A stretch of DNA of 64,000 nt from contig OX597831.1 in NCBI GenBank assembly GCA_951406725.2, forward strand, positions 50,220,001 to 50,284,000, written 5' to 3'. Made by a program: the position numbers and the translations under genes. Of the stretch, positions 1 through 11,319 are shown piece by piece. The notes under the pieces were generated by a model. The model searched no databases. It saw only the letters and a list, made by a program, of their open reading frames with translations, and was not told the DNA's origin. The stretch's first letter is position 1, and every line of letters begins with the position of its first letter. The DNA comes from Octopus vulgaris (taxonomy: Eukaryota).

Positions 1-559
1 AAGTAAAAAAAAAAAAATTCGGGCCTCGTTCCTAGAGTAGAGAAGAATAATGAACTCAGAATTTTCCATTCTTTAGTTCATATGATACGTATTTCATTCA
101 ACTAGGAACTGCCGCAATTTCTTGGGGAAACATTACTAAAAATGACTTGTGGTATTTAATGGTGTTACAACATTTCACAAACACAAGCTCGCTGTGGTCA
201 ACTTTGTCTTTCATTCTATCAATGTTGATAAAATAATTACTAGTGAAGGAATTGGTTAGACGTAACATATCACATTCTTTTCTCAAACTATCCAACATTG
301 TGTCAGCCATAAAAATCAATATTTTGTCCAGAAATGAAGTGGTGTATATAAAACGGTGAAAAACAAGAAAATCATAAAATATTTAATCTCGATCTGATTT
401 TTCGAATGATTACGACGTCAACTGAGTATTTCATTCAATCATATCTTCAACTTAATTCAATCAACTATAATATCGTGTCAACATTTGTGGTTCTACATTT
501 CTCATACAGATGCTAAAATTGTCTGTTAGTGAATATATGAATATATGTTTACTTACATA

Positions 560-573
560 CATGTATATATATA

Positions 574-642
<69 letters not shown>

Positions 643-775
643 ATACATATATATAGATATATATATTATATATTATTATATATATATATTATATATGTAT
701 ATATATTATATATATATATTATATATGTAGATATATATCTATGTATATATTATATGTATATGTATATATATATTC
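560..775. repeat. (TA)n/(TG)n compound microsatellite
   Basis: Directly visible dinucleotide runs; source of spurious YIYI/CVCV ORFs. Confidence 0.95.
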
Positions 776-1280
776 AATATCCATTCATACACACACACTC
801 GTGTGTGGATGTGTGGGTATGTCTGTGTATGTGTGTAAACTATATCATATGTACTTCTACGTTTGATACTGTATTTTACAATACAATGCGACAAAACCTC
901 GGCCTTGGGGAAATTAACGAATACGAATACCTTAGCAGACATTAATATAGCCGCGTTATTTTCTCAACGATTTTCTCGATAATTTAAGTTGATATACACT
1001 TTTCCAACAATAAAAATCGTTTGAAGATATCTTGAAATAGCAATTTTTGTTTTCTAGAATCATATCTTTTGCATTAATTTGCTAGTTTCTCTTCCAAGCA
1101 ATATCAAGGATTTTGATACACTAGATTATTTTTATAAATACATATCTTACACAGGAATATTTTTATGCTGGGGGATTAAAAAATTGAGTTATTATTTTAT
1201 TATATTCATTTAATACCAACTGTTTTAAAATTCTAATTCCCAGAGGTATATAACATATTTTCCACATACAAACATACACA

Positions 1281-1345
<65 letters not shown>

Positions 1346-1425
1346 CATACACTCACACAAATATTTATACATATATAAATATATACGCATACACTTACAT
1401 AAATATACACACATACACTCACATA

Positions 1426-2040
1426 TCTGTATATATAAAAGGCAGGATGTATGTGTGTGTACGTGAATGTAGCTTATGCACATCCACAAATTAGCACGCA
1501 TGTCACTCCAACTTTAGGAGGACATTCGTGGGTTTTGTCAACTTATTTTTTTCTCGAGGCACACGCGGATAGGGGTAAAAATCTACTTTCAAACACAGAT
1601 TTTACCAATTCTGATGTTTGCTAACATGAGTTAAGTTCCTTCCTGCCATACCCAAGTGAAAGTGTGTGTGTGTGTGGGGGGGAGAAAAGTTGTGTGTTGA
1701 TATATATGTGTGTGTATGTGTGAAGGTGAGAGAGAAGTTGTGTGTTGATGTATGTGTGTGTGTGAGGGAGAGAGAGAAGTTGTGTGTTGATGTATGTGTG
1801 TGTGTGAGGGAGAGAGAGTGCTTGACAGCGTCTAACAAAACAAGTAAAGGAAAAGTATGTGTATGGGGATAAGGTAAAGAAAATTGGGAGAGAGTTTGAC
1901 TGTGTCTAGCAAAAAAGTTGAAGACAAAGTGTGAGAGAGTGTGTGTGACAGCATTCATCAAACATAAAAGTGTAAAATTCTTTGGTTTTTTTTCTTAAAC
2001 ACGAGATATAGCCTTCAAATTTAGGATGTTTTTGAAATAC
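1426..2040 (+). mobile_element. Non-autonomous Helitron 5' fragment with internal ~42-bp tandem repeats
   Basis: A|TCTGTATATATAAAAGGCAGGATGTATGTGTG start resembles the Helitron 5' end at 3454; GAGAAGTTGTGTGTTGATGTATGTG units at ~1681-1820; no 3' CTAG end found, so the right boundary is approximate. Confidence 0.45.
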
Positions 2041-3192
2041 ACTATATTCTATAATCGGATTATATATACTTTCTCACACAACAATTACAATGTATTTTAA
2101 ATCGTTATATTATCTTATCGTACTTTCATACGTATATTTTAGATGTATATTTTAGATTGAAAAAGAACTGTTCATCTTAATTTTGAAAAATGAAAGCAGT
2201 ATAAAAAAAGCAGCATTATTTATGGGATTGCCCTATATATCGCGATTACAGCTCAGAGCTGGGTCACCGTTTTTCTAATATGACGCCGCCTCCAGTACAC
2301 TTTAGCAGCCTAGACTTGTTTGTGAACGCGTACGACCACATAGTCAACCGTTTTGAATAGGAGTGTCCGTAGAGGCCTACTTCTATTGCGTAGGTTGAAA
2401 TGGATTAGAATGTGCAGGATTTGTAGCCAGGTGAAAACAATATAAAACTAAAACAAATCAACGTTTTACACTATACAAACTTTCTTTTCTGCTACAATAA
2501 CTTTCGATATCACCCGTTGTCGTTATTCCATTCCATAAGCATATGAATACATAAGATATGAAGATATTGAGCTGAACTACATTTGATAGTCTCATTCATT
2601 ACATTTGGTATACATTCTGTGTCAGATTGACAAACAGTTTGTCGCACTTAGCGAAGGATCAATGGCATGATAATTTCTGTTTGTCGACAAGACACATATA
2701 TTTAGATTTCCTTTCGCCCTTTTTTTATATGCTTGTATATTCATGTGCTTTTTGTTATTCATGTGTGGACGTGCTAGTGTGGCAGATGTGGTAGACTCAC
2801 ACACACACGATCTGTATATGTTCTTTCAGACATGCACATACACATTGACACTTATATGTTCACACAGACATGCAAAAATGCACATACTTACGTACACATA
2901 CCCACACTCGCACCCGAAATGTGTTCGCGCGAATAGGCGTATGTAACAGACACGAACGCATACCAATCGACACGACTCCCACATACATGCATACATACAC
3001 ATACGCACACCCATACAACTAATAACACACCCACATCAGAGCATCCATACATCTCATATATATCTCTCTCTCTTTATATATATATATATATAAATTTAAA
3101 ATAGTAAGGGTAAAAAATTGAATATTAATTTGATTAATATCAATTTAAAACCAGTGGTCTAGTATATTGAAAAATCTGAAGTTTCAGACAAA

Positions 3193-3251
<59 letters not shown>

Positions 3252-3453
3252 AGATTTGTCTTGTGAATTCACGCGTTGAAGTATAATTTGTTGTGACTGG
3301 GGAGAGTCATTCTGTTTTAATGCCATAATAATTAACACTCTTACCTGTTCAATTCCCGCTCATATATTTTTGCCTTTCGTTCTAAAATTTTCATTGCTTC
3401 TTGCAATATATATATATAAGAGAACAAAGTGTACGTACGCTGCTATATATATA

Positions 3454-5187
3454 TCTCTTATTATAAAAGGCAGATGTTATCTGCCTCCCTTTGGGAGTTA
3501 TACAAATCTACAATATAGGATTTCTTCAATTACAATTTACCTAGCATTTTTAAGAGTACAATGCATCGCGTCATGCCAGGTCCAGTTTTTAAAATTTAAA
3601 CTCCAATTAAGCAAAATTTACAGAAAACTCACATTCTGGTGTGTGTGTCAAATGCTTTTCTTAGTCTGGTTTACACCACACGCAAACGCACACACACAGT
3701 GTGCAACGAATAAAATGAAAGTAAATAGCGACAGAGTGATTTGAGGAAGACTAAACTGAAAGTATTTAAACCACTACTCAAAAAATAAAAAACACACCAA
3801 ACAGAAACAAATAAATACATAACCATTTACTCCTCACACAATTTCTTGAATTAGAATTTACCTAAGATTTTTCAGAGTACTTCAGTGGGTGATGCCATAA
3901 AAAATTTCTTTCAATTTTACCACCAATTAAGACAAAATTCGAGAAAACTCAATATTTTAACATATCACTCCGAAAGCATTGATGTACAAATGTGTGCGTG
4001 CGTGAGTGTGTGTGTGTCATTCCTCACACACACGCATACACATACATATACAACTACATACAACTACATACACATACAACTACATACAAACACGTGTGTT
4101 TGTTATTAGTAAAAAAGGCGCCAAAACTCAACTCACTTATCATTCCAACACATTTGCAAAGACACACGGACGGACAGAAAAGGTAAATTGGTTTTTATTT
4201 TACTCTGTATATATTTTATTATATAATATTATATATAGATATATGTATATATAATTGCAGTATGAAACAGTGTTTATGTATAAACAGACGACACTTATAT
4301 ATAGTTACCAAGCCGCCCGATTTTACCTATTCATATTTAAATGAGAATATCAGAGCAAATCTCTTTAGTACATTCGTGAAAACACTTATTATACTTCGTA
4401 AACACTTCAACTACAGTTTTGTACAAAAATCGAAGTGTAATTTTAATTCCGTGAATTATGGGAGATTTTTTTCCGAAATTTGTTCCTATTGTGTTTCCAA
4501 AATTTGTAATTCTGACAAAAAATGGATACGAATTTCATTATATCAAGCAGCGAGTCAGAATTCGAAGGATTTTCTACTGAAGACCTTCATAAATCTAACT
4601 CTATGACTGAAAAAAAAAAGCATCTTTATATAAGAGTGAAGTTGTGTGTCTGTCTCCTACGATTTAGATTCCTAACTACTCCCACATTTTGCGGTGCAGT
4701 TTAACCAAAAGCGGGTATCTTATAGTCGTGATTCATATCGAGCCCTTCTGGGTATTAGCGTGCGTCTACGATGAGTCTACGATTTAAAAAAAATTTACCA
4801 TCATATTTTCCCATTTTAATGCATTTTTTCGCTTTTATATAAGGGAAGTAACTCTCTAAAAATATCTACGATGTGTCAACGATTTAAAAAGAAATTTACC
4901 TTACATATCGAGCCCTTCTGGGTATTAGCGTGCGTCTACGATGAGTCTACGATTTTAAAAAAATTTACCCTCATATTTTTCCATTTTAATGCATTTTTTT
5001 CGCTTTTATATAAGGGAAGTAACTCTCTAAAAATATCTACGATGTGTCAACGATTTTAAAAAAAATTAACCTTAATTTTTTTTCAATTTTTAATGCATTT
5101 TTTGCTATTTTTTGGCTATAACTCTCTAAAAATGCTTATATAGTTATTTCCCTTACAACCCCGAGCAACGCCGGGCGATACTGCTAG
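3454..5187 (+). mobile_element. Composite non-autonomous Helitron
   Basis: 5' A|TC (TCTCTTATTATAAAAGGCAG); second Helitron-like 5' end at 4623 (TCTTTATATAAGAGTGAAGTTGTGTGTCTGTC); 3' hairpin CCCGAGCAACGCCGGG then CTAG|T at 5184-5187; no TSD, as expected for Helitrons. Confidence 0.8.
4734..5073 (+). repeat. 170-bp tandem duplication inside Helitron
   Basis: CATATCGAGCCCTTCTGGGTATTAGCGTGCG starts at 4734 and at 4904; the copies are near-identical. Confidence 0.9.
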
Positions 5188-5709
5188 TATATATATATAA
5201 TACAAAATGGGACAACAAAACATCCAGATAGACGATACAAAGAAACCAAGGACGGGTCAATCGAAGTTTTCTATCTTCATTCAAGAACCGAATTATCCTC
5301 GCAATTTCGGCTGATTATTCTTGAGATTGCCCCAATCTGGCCAGCCTCAAGGAAAAACTAAGCTAAGAGCATTAGATTCCTTGTATGAAAGCATCGAATG
5401 TATACATATATATGCATACGCACACACGCATACACACACATACACACACACACACACACACATTTATATAATATAGGTGGCTAATTTCGAATTTTATAAC
5501 CTAAATGCAAAAATATATACATCACTAAAATTAACAAAGTCACTAATCAACATCAGTATTGCTAGAAATATGAGTTAAAACAACGCAATAGCCAACAAAA
5601 GCATTAGCTTTTCTCCCTTTTCAGCTCATGAAGATATTGAGTTGTTTTCACTCTGATTTCTAGCAATACTGGTACTGATTAATATTCGCCGGTCATCGCT
5701 AAATATGGT

Positions 5710-5967
5710 TATCATTTATTCCGCAGTCTTCAAAATTGTTTGGAGGGAAAAAATATGAATTATGTAGACAAGGTCAGAGCAGTACAGGAGGAGTATTTTT
5801 CGTCACGGACAAGTGAATTTTGGAAGAGGGGCTTTGCAGGTATACCAGATAGATGGAAGAGCATTGTAGGAAATGAAGGAGAGTATATTTTAAATTAAAA
5901 AAGAACTTTGATTATTTCAATTTTGTAAAATTAAGTATAAAAAACCACATTATGGGATGACTCAATA
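5710..5967 (+). mobile_element. Mariner transposase C-terminal relic and 3' end
   Basis: Translates YHLFRSLQNCLEGK...EFWKRGFAGIPDRWKSIVGNEGEYI, a typical mariner C-terminus; a related tail fragment lies at ~2140-2237. Confidence 0.8.
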
Positions 5968-5981
5968 TACTATATATATAT

Positions 5982-6270
5982 AGGTGCCGGCATAACTGCG
6001 TGATAAGGAACTTATGTCTCAACTACGTACGTGGCTGTGGGTTCAGGCCCACTACGTGACAACTTGGGAAATCTCTTGTAGTATAGCGTCGGACCGACTA
6101 AAGCCTTGTGAGAGGATTCGGTAGATGGAAACTTAATGAAGGCTGTCGTATACATCCATGCATGCGTATGTATACGTATGTCTATGCGTATGTGCTGGTG
6201 TGTTTACGTCAAGTCGGTGCTCCAGCATGGCCGCAATCAATAAATTGAAATAAAAAAAAGAAATGATAAA
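5982..6270 (+). mobile_element. Degenerate tRNA-derived SINE (octopus OK-like)
   Basis: Diverged reverse complement of the 63591-63995 element (GGGTTCAGGCCCACTACGTGAC; GGTGCTCCAGCATGGCCGCA). Confidence 0.7.
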
Positions 6271-6883
6271 AGATACACACACACACGTACACACACATAT
6301 ACACACAAACACACACACACACATAATACATATATATATAATCGTGTGTGTGTAGGTAGGTATGGAATACGAGATAAATCATCTGTAGTTATGTGAACCA
6401 ATAGTATGAATGTCAACGTCTTCGACGAGAGGGAGAGGCAGACACAACTTTACTGTCTAATATAAATCGTTACTATGACAAGAAACAATCATCGGACTTG
6501 TAAGTAATATGTTCTGCATTTACTAATTGAATTTAGCCAGTGGAAGTATAGGATATCGCCGACTTTACTTCTATTTCAAATCAACATTAATCGGACTGTC
6601 GATTCACGGGTACGTCCGCATTTCGTTCATAACAATCAACTCTTAATATCGACATTTCCGTGAAAAATATATAGTTATTGCAACTATACATGAAGTAAGT
6701 TCGCAAATCATGTTTTCTGTGTGATATTTGCTGACAAATGTTTATTCTCAAGACACCGATCATGAATACATCGTCATGAAAATATGCGTTTTTTTCTTAT
6801 AGAGAACGCGTACGCCATTCAACCTGTTACTATTTCAAAAGCATTATTTTCAGATCGATGGAAAAACCACTCACTCACTCACG

Positions 6884-6961
<78 letters not shown>

Positions 6962-7265
6962 TACACAAAATAGAATGAGAAGCTGATATTGAAGTCAATT
7001 ATTAACAAAGTACTCCTTGGAGCAATTACATTGATTGTATTACATTCCAGTTATATAACGTCTATATAGTTCCGATCTTATGTCATGAAAATCGACACAC
7101 AGGCAAAAATAATGATCTATTCTTCAGTAGTCAGACAGCTTTTGCGAGTCGAAGTATAGAATAGCGCCGCATTCGACTGTGCAGTCCATTGTAAGTAAAA
7201 ATAACACGTGGCATCGGTATACTTGAACGTCCAATTTAGATGTCTGATGGCCATAAGACACAGCC

Positions 7266-7321
<56 letters not shown>

Positions 7322-7332
7322 ACACAAGCACT

Positions 7333-7371
<39 letters not shown>

Positions 7372-7387
7372 GCACATACACACATAT

Positions 7388-7722
7388 GAAGGCGTATGGC
7401 TCAGTGATTAGAGCGTCGGGCTCACAATCATGAGGTAGTCAGTTCGATTCCCGGACTGGGCTGTGTGTTGTGTTCTTGAGCAAGACTCTTTATTTCATAT
7501 TGCTCCAATTCACTCAGCTGTAGAAATGAGTTGCGTCGTCACTAGCGCCAAGATGCATCTGCCTTTGCGTTTCCCTTGAATAACATCAGTGGCGCGGAGA
7601 GGGGACGGTGTCATGCATGCGTGACTGCTGGTTTTCCATGAACAACCTTACCCGGACTTGAGCACCAGTGGGAAACTTTCTTCTTGCAAGCCAATGATCA
7701 TTCATGACCGAAGGGGTTCTTT
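7388..7722 (+). mobile_element. tRNA-derived SINE
   Basis: A box TGGCTCAGTGATTAG, B box GTTCGATTCCC, conserved core GTGTTCTTGAGCAAG...CACTCAGCTG shared with the copies at 28783 and 29055. Confidence 0.85.
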
Positions 7723-7759
7723 ACGCTTGTATGTATATATAAATATATATATATATAAA

Positions 7760-7960
7760 TAGTTAAAGTTAATCCAAACAAGAAAACACAAAAAACACAA
7801 CAACGCGAGGACGTGGAACAAATATAATATTTTTGGACGCTCAGGAAAGAAGGGAAGAAGGAGGGTTTAACGTTTCGAGTGGAGCTCTTCCTCGGAAACA
7901 TAGGAGAAAGAAAGATCCCGAGAAGGGAAGACAGAGGAAAAAATCGCCAACGAGGTCACA
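7760..7960 (-). mobile_element. Penelope-like pseudo-LTR relic
   Basis: Homologous to 8535-8740 and 52330-52510; abuts (TA)n; carries an HHR-like motif. Confidence 0.65.
7865..7899 (-). ncRNA. Minimal type-I hammerhead-like motif (variant core)
   Basis: gttt CCGAGGA a gag-ctcca-ctc GAAA cg TT aaac; stem I gttt/aaac, stem III ACGT palindrome, core U4->C. Confidence 0.55.
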
Positions 7961-7991
7961 TACATATACATATATACATAATACAAACACT

Positions 7992-8023
<32 letters not shown>

Positions 8024-8351
8024 CATATGTGAAATGATCTTTGGTAAGCAGCATCTATATTTACAATTCTGTAAAAAGTGATAGTAGCATACCATTTACA
8101 CCAACGTACAACCTCACTTTTTATCATCAGATTTAAGAGCTATACTTAGTTCGTTGTGCTGTTTTTGTAAACAAACTTCATGTGCTTTTTTGCGATGACT
8201 TTTTGGTAATCAGCTTCGATTCCCACAATTCTATAAATAAAAATAATAGTATTTTATAAGCTAAAACCTTGTAAGTTATCACTGAGCAATTAATAACGAA
8301 AATAATCTAATAAAGGGTCATATAAGCCCTCTACGGAAAAAAATATGTTTT

Positions 8352-8426
8352 CCGTACGCGTGGGACTCAAACCCACTACTATTTGTTTCCGCGACAAGGG
8401 TACTACTCATTTACACTAACGTACAA
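8352..8426 (-). pseudogene. tRNA-like cloverleaf (pseudo-tRNA or SINE head, CGG at anticodon position)
   Basis: Acceptor TGTACGT/GCGTACG, T-arm GTGGG-TTTGAGT-CCCAC, anticodon arm TTGT-CGCGGAA-ACAA; partial second copy at ~8085-8118. Confidence 0.55.
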
Positions 8427-8489
8427 CCAACGTATCACCTCACATAAAGATCGACGCTGCTTTCCAAAACCCCCAAAGCTTACAGAACG

Positions 8490-8534
<45 letters not shown>

Positions 8535-8536
<2 letters not shown>

Positions 8537-8900
8537 TTAATCCAAACGGGAAAACAGAAAAAATAACAACACGTGGAACAATTACAGTATTATTATTATT
8601 AGGCGCTCAGGAAAATGGAAGAAGGAGGGTATGACGTTTCGAGCGGAGCTCTTCGTCGGAAACATAGGAGAAAGAAAGATCCCGAGACGGGAGGACAGAG
8701 GGAAAAAAATTGCAGGTAGTCTTCACGAGGTCACATACTGAAAAGACGGAAGTGGTAAAAAAGGAGGAAAATGTTTTTTAAAAACAGGAGAGCTGAATCA
8801 AAGAGGGAATGGTAAAAAAGGTGTGCGAGAAAACGAGGGTGTGTGTGTGAGTGTGTGCGTGTGTGTGTATGTGTGTGTATGGTGGACAGTGGCTAGTAGC
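8535..8900 (-). mobile_element. Penelope-like pseudo-LTR relic
   Basis: Direct repeat of 7760-7960 extended by purine-rich 3' region; abuts (TA)n. Confidence 0.65.
8629..8663 (-). ncRNA. Minimal type-I hammerhead-like motif (variant core)
   Basis: gttt CCGACGA a gagc-tcc-gctc GAAA cg TC atac. Confidence 0.55.
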
Positions 8901-9690
8901 AGGCAGTAGTAGAATATATTATAGTACAGTCCTTGACCATAACTGCAAAGGATATGCGGGAGTATGGAGTAATGCTTTTCATACCAATGGTGTATGCAGA
9001 CCAGTGTTTAAGACTTGGAATTACGATTTTTTGTTATCCCGTATTCTAGATACCCGGTTGCCTAGAATTCCCTCCCTTTCAAATGTTTGTAAATTGTGGG
9101 TATTTACACAGACATATGCATGTGCATTCACTGCCTCCCTACATGACAACCTTTCCCCACCCAGTTCTATATATCATAGTATGTCGGTGTGGAATGTGTT
9201 TATGCTTCTAGATGTGCATATGTTTCGGCACATGTGTGTCTATAATCAGCTCATCGTCTCTAAGTGTCACTAGCTACGCATTTCGTTACGTCTCTGTATA
9301 ATTTGTAAATGCCCGTCCGTTTTAGTTTTTGGCTTCACATTTTTTACGGTTAACTTCCCAATTACTACATATTTGACTGATTTCTCTTCTGTTAATCCTC
9401 TCTATTATCTCTTTCACTAAATCACATCCTGTAAGCATATTTGTTCAAGTCTATAACACTCCTCTAAGACGAAAATCTTTGCCAAAGTGATTAATACAAA
9501 CGTCTATTTAATGAATACAATATCTGAAAACCGAAACGTTTGTAAAGATATATTTAAGTGTTGTGATTCAAATAAGTATGTCGTTTATGCAATTGGTGTT
9601 TTTTTCTCTCAGTATGATGAGAACAGAAACAGTTTCTAAGCGAATTAAAATGGTACTCAACACATTACTGAAAACACCTTAATTAGATAA

Positions 9691-10870
9691 TACGAAGGTA
9701 AGTCAAAAATTTGCGATTTATTAAAACAAAAGCAGGAGTTAAACAATTACATCATTCGTTGACACAATCCCTTCGATTTTCACTGTATTTCTTCCAGCGT
9801 CACAATCTTATTCCACCGAAAAATTCCTTTTGGCTGATCACACATTCTGCCGTTCTTCGTCTGTATCAAGTCAACGATATCGCAAATGATGTTTAAGTGG
9901 TACAAGAAGGTGATAGTCGGATAGATTGAGATTTGGACTGTATCTAGGTTGTTCTAGAATGTCGAAAATCAATTTTTAAATGTGTAGCAACCGTATGTGT
10001 ACGTACATACTCTTGACAATAGACCTCAGCGTTTGGTATTGATTGCTGGTTTCAGTTTGCTGACTACCAATTCACTTTAGCCTACACTGGTGACTGTAGA
10101 CCTCTTCTCCAGGAAAATGTCCCAGTATAGACTAATTTCTTTTCGCCCCAAACAGTCAACATCACTATTTCTATGGAAGATTGAGTTATGAATTTCCTTT
10201 TTGCTGGCGATTCCAGGTGTTTGTACTCCATACTCCGCCTTTTCGATTCTAGCTCAAACTAAATGACCCAGGATTCATTTCCTGAGACTATTTTCTTCCA
10301 AAAACGCTGCTCCTTCATCGTTGTAGGAACCGCGTAAGCGTTGACAGATATCTGCACAATTGCGCTTATACGCTTCAGTAAGCTCTCTTGGAACCCAATT
10401 CACACAAAATTTACGGAAGCAAAGCATGTTGTGGATGAATCCGTATGCAGAATCATGACCAATTTGCAGAGATCGTTTCATCTTATGAATGCTAACTCTT
10501 CGGTTCACCAGGTCCATCTCAGGAGCTTCTTGACTTTTCGTCTCTCTGTTAGAGGTTGACGGGCATTCTACTCCTTTTTACATCACGTTTGTCCAACCGT
10601 TTTTACCCTTGTGGATCCATTCATACACACTTCTATGCGAGGGAGTACTGTTCTTTGTATTGTCCAGAAAGCCTGCGATGAATTTCAGCACACATTCAAA
10701 CCAGAGAAATCAGATCGCTGATCGCTGTTCTTCCTTGATACACGCTGTACGCGGAGCGGTAATGTTTACTCTGTAGCCTCCCTCCCCCACCCCCACCCCC
10801 AAAAATGAAAACTGGAGCGATCAAGATAATCAAACCTCGGTTATGTAACAGCAAGCGTTTCACTTTTTAT
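9691..10870 (-). mobile_element. Degenerate mariner element
   Basis: ORF 10275-10517 has NRRVSI...FRKFCVNWVPREL (mariner WVPHEL linker); TA-CGAAGGTAAGTCAAAA TIR-like end at 9691; frameshifts and stops; far boundary approximate. Confidence 0.85.
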
Positions 10871-11067
10871 TACGTGAGCACTGAAAACTGTAGTCAATCT
10901 AAAATAAGTTTTGGCAAGAGAGTGATAATTTTATTTCCTTTTGTAATTGTTGATTGTTATTTGTCAAAATAATTTGAAAGAATCACAAAGGCAAATGACA
11001 CACACATACACACACATCTCTCTCTCCATCTGTCTCACGTATACGCATATGCTCACACATGCATATG

Positions 11068-11069
<2 letters not shown>

Positions 11070-11147
<78 letters not shown>

Positions 11148-11167
11148 AATATCTATATATCTATCTA

Positions 11168-11227
<60 letters not shown>

Positions 11228-11319
11228 CATACATACATATATACATACCTACATATATAGATACATACATACATACATACATACATACATACATACATAC
11301 ATACATACATACATACATA
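11070..11319. repeat. (TA)n/(TACA)n microsatellite
   Basis: Directly visible. Confidence 0.95.

Noticed and set aside
1681-1820. Spaced ~42-bp repeats as a CRISPR-like array
   Set aside because: No unique spacers; eukaryotic minisatellite inside a TE.
8352-8426. Functional tRNA-Pro gene
   Set aside because: TTC to TTT in the T-loop, broken D-arm, non-U at position 33 and repeat context.
9211-9550. Two GAAA-palindrome-TA-like relics (9211-9260 minus; 9520-9550 plus)
   Set aside because: Core boxes and stems are too decayed to call.
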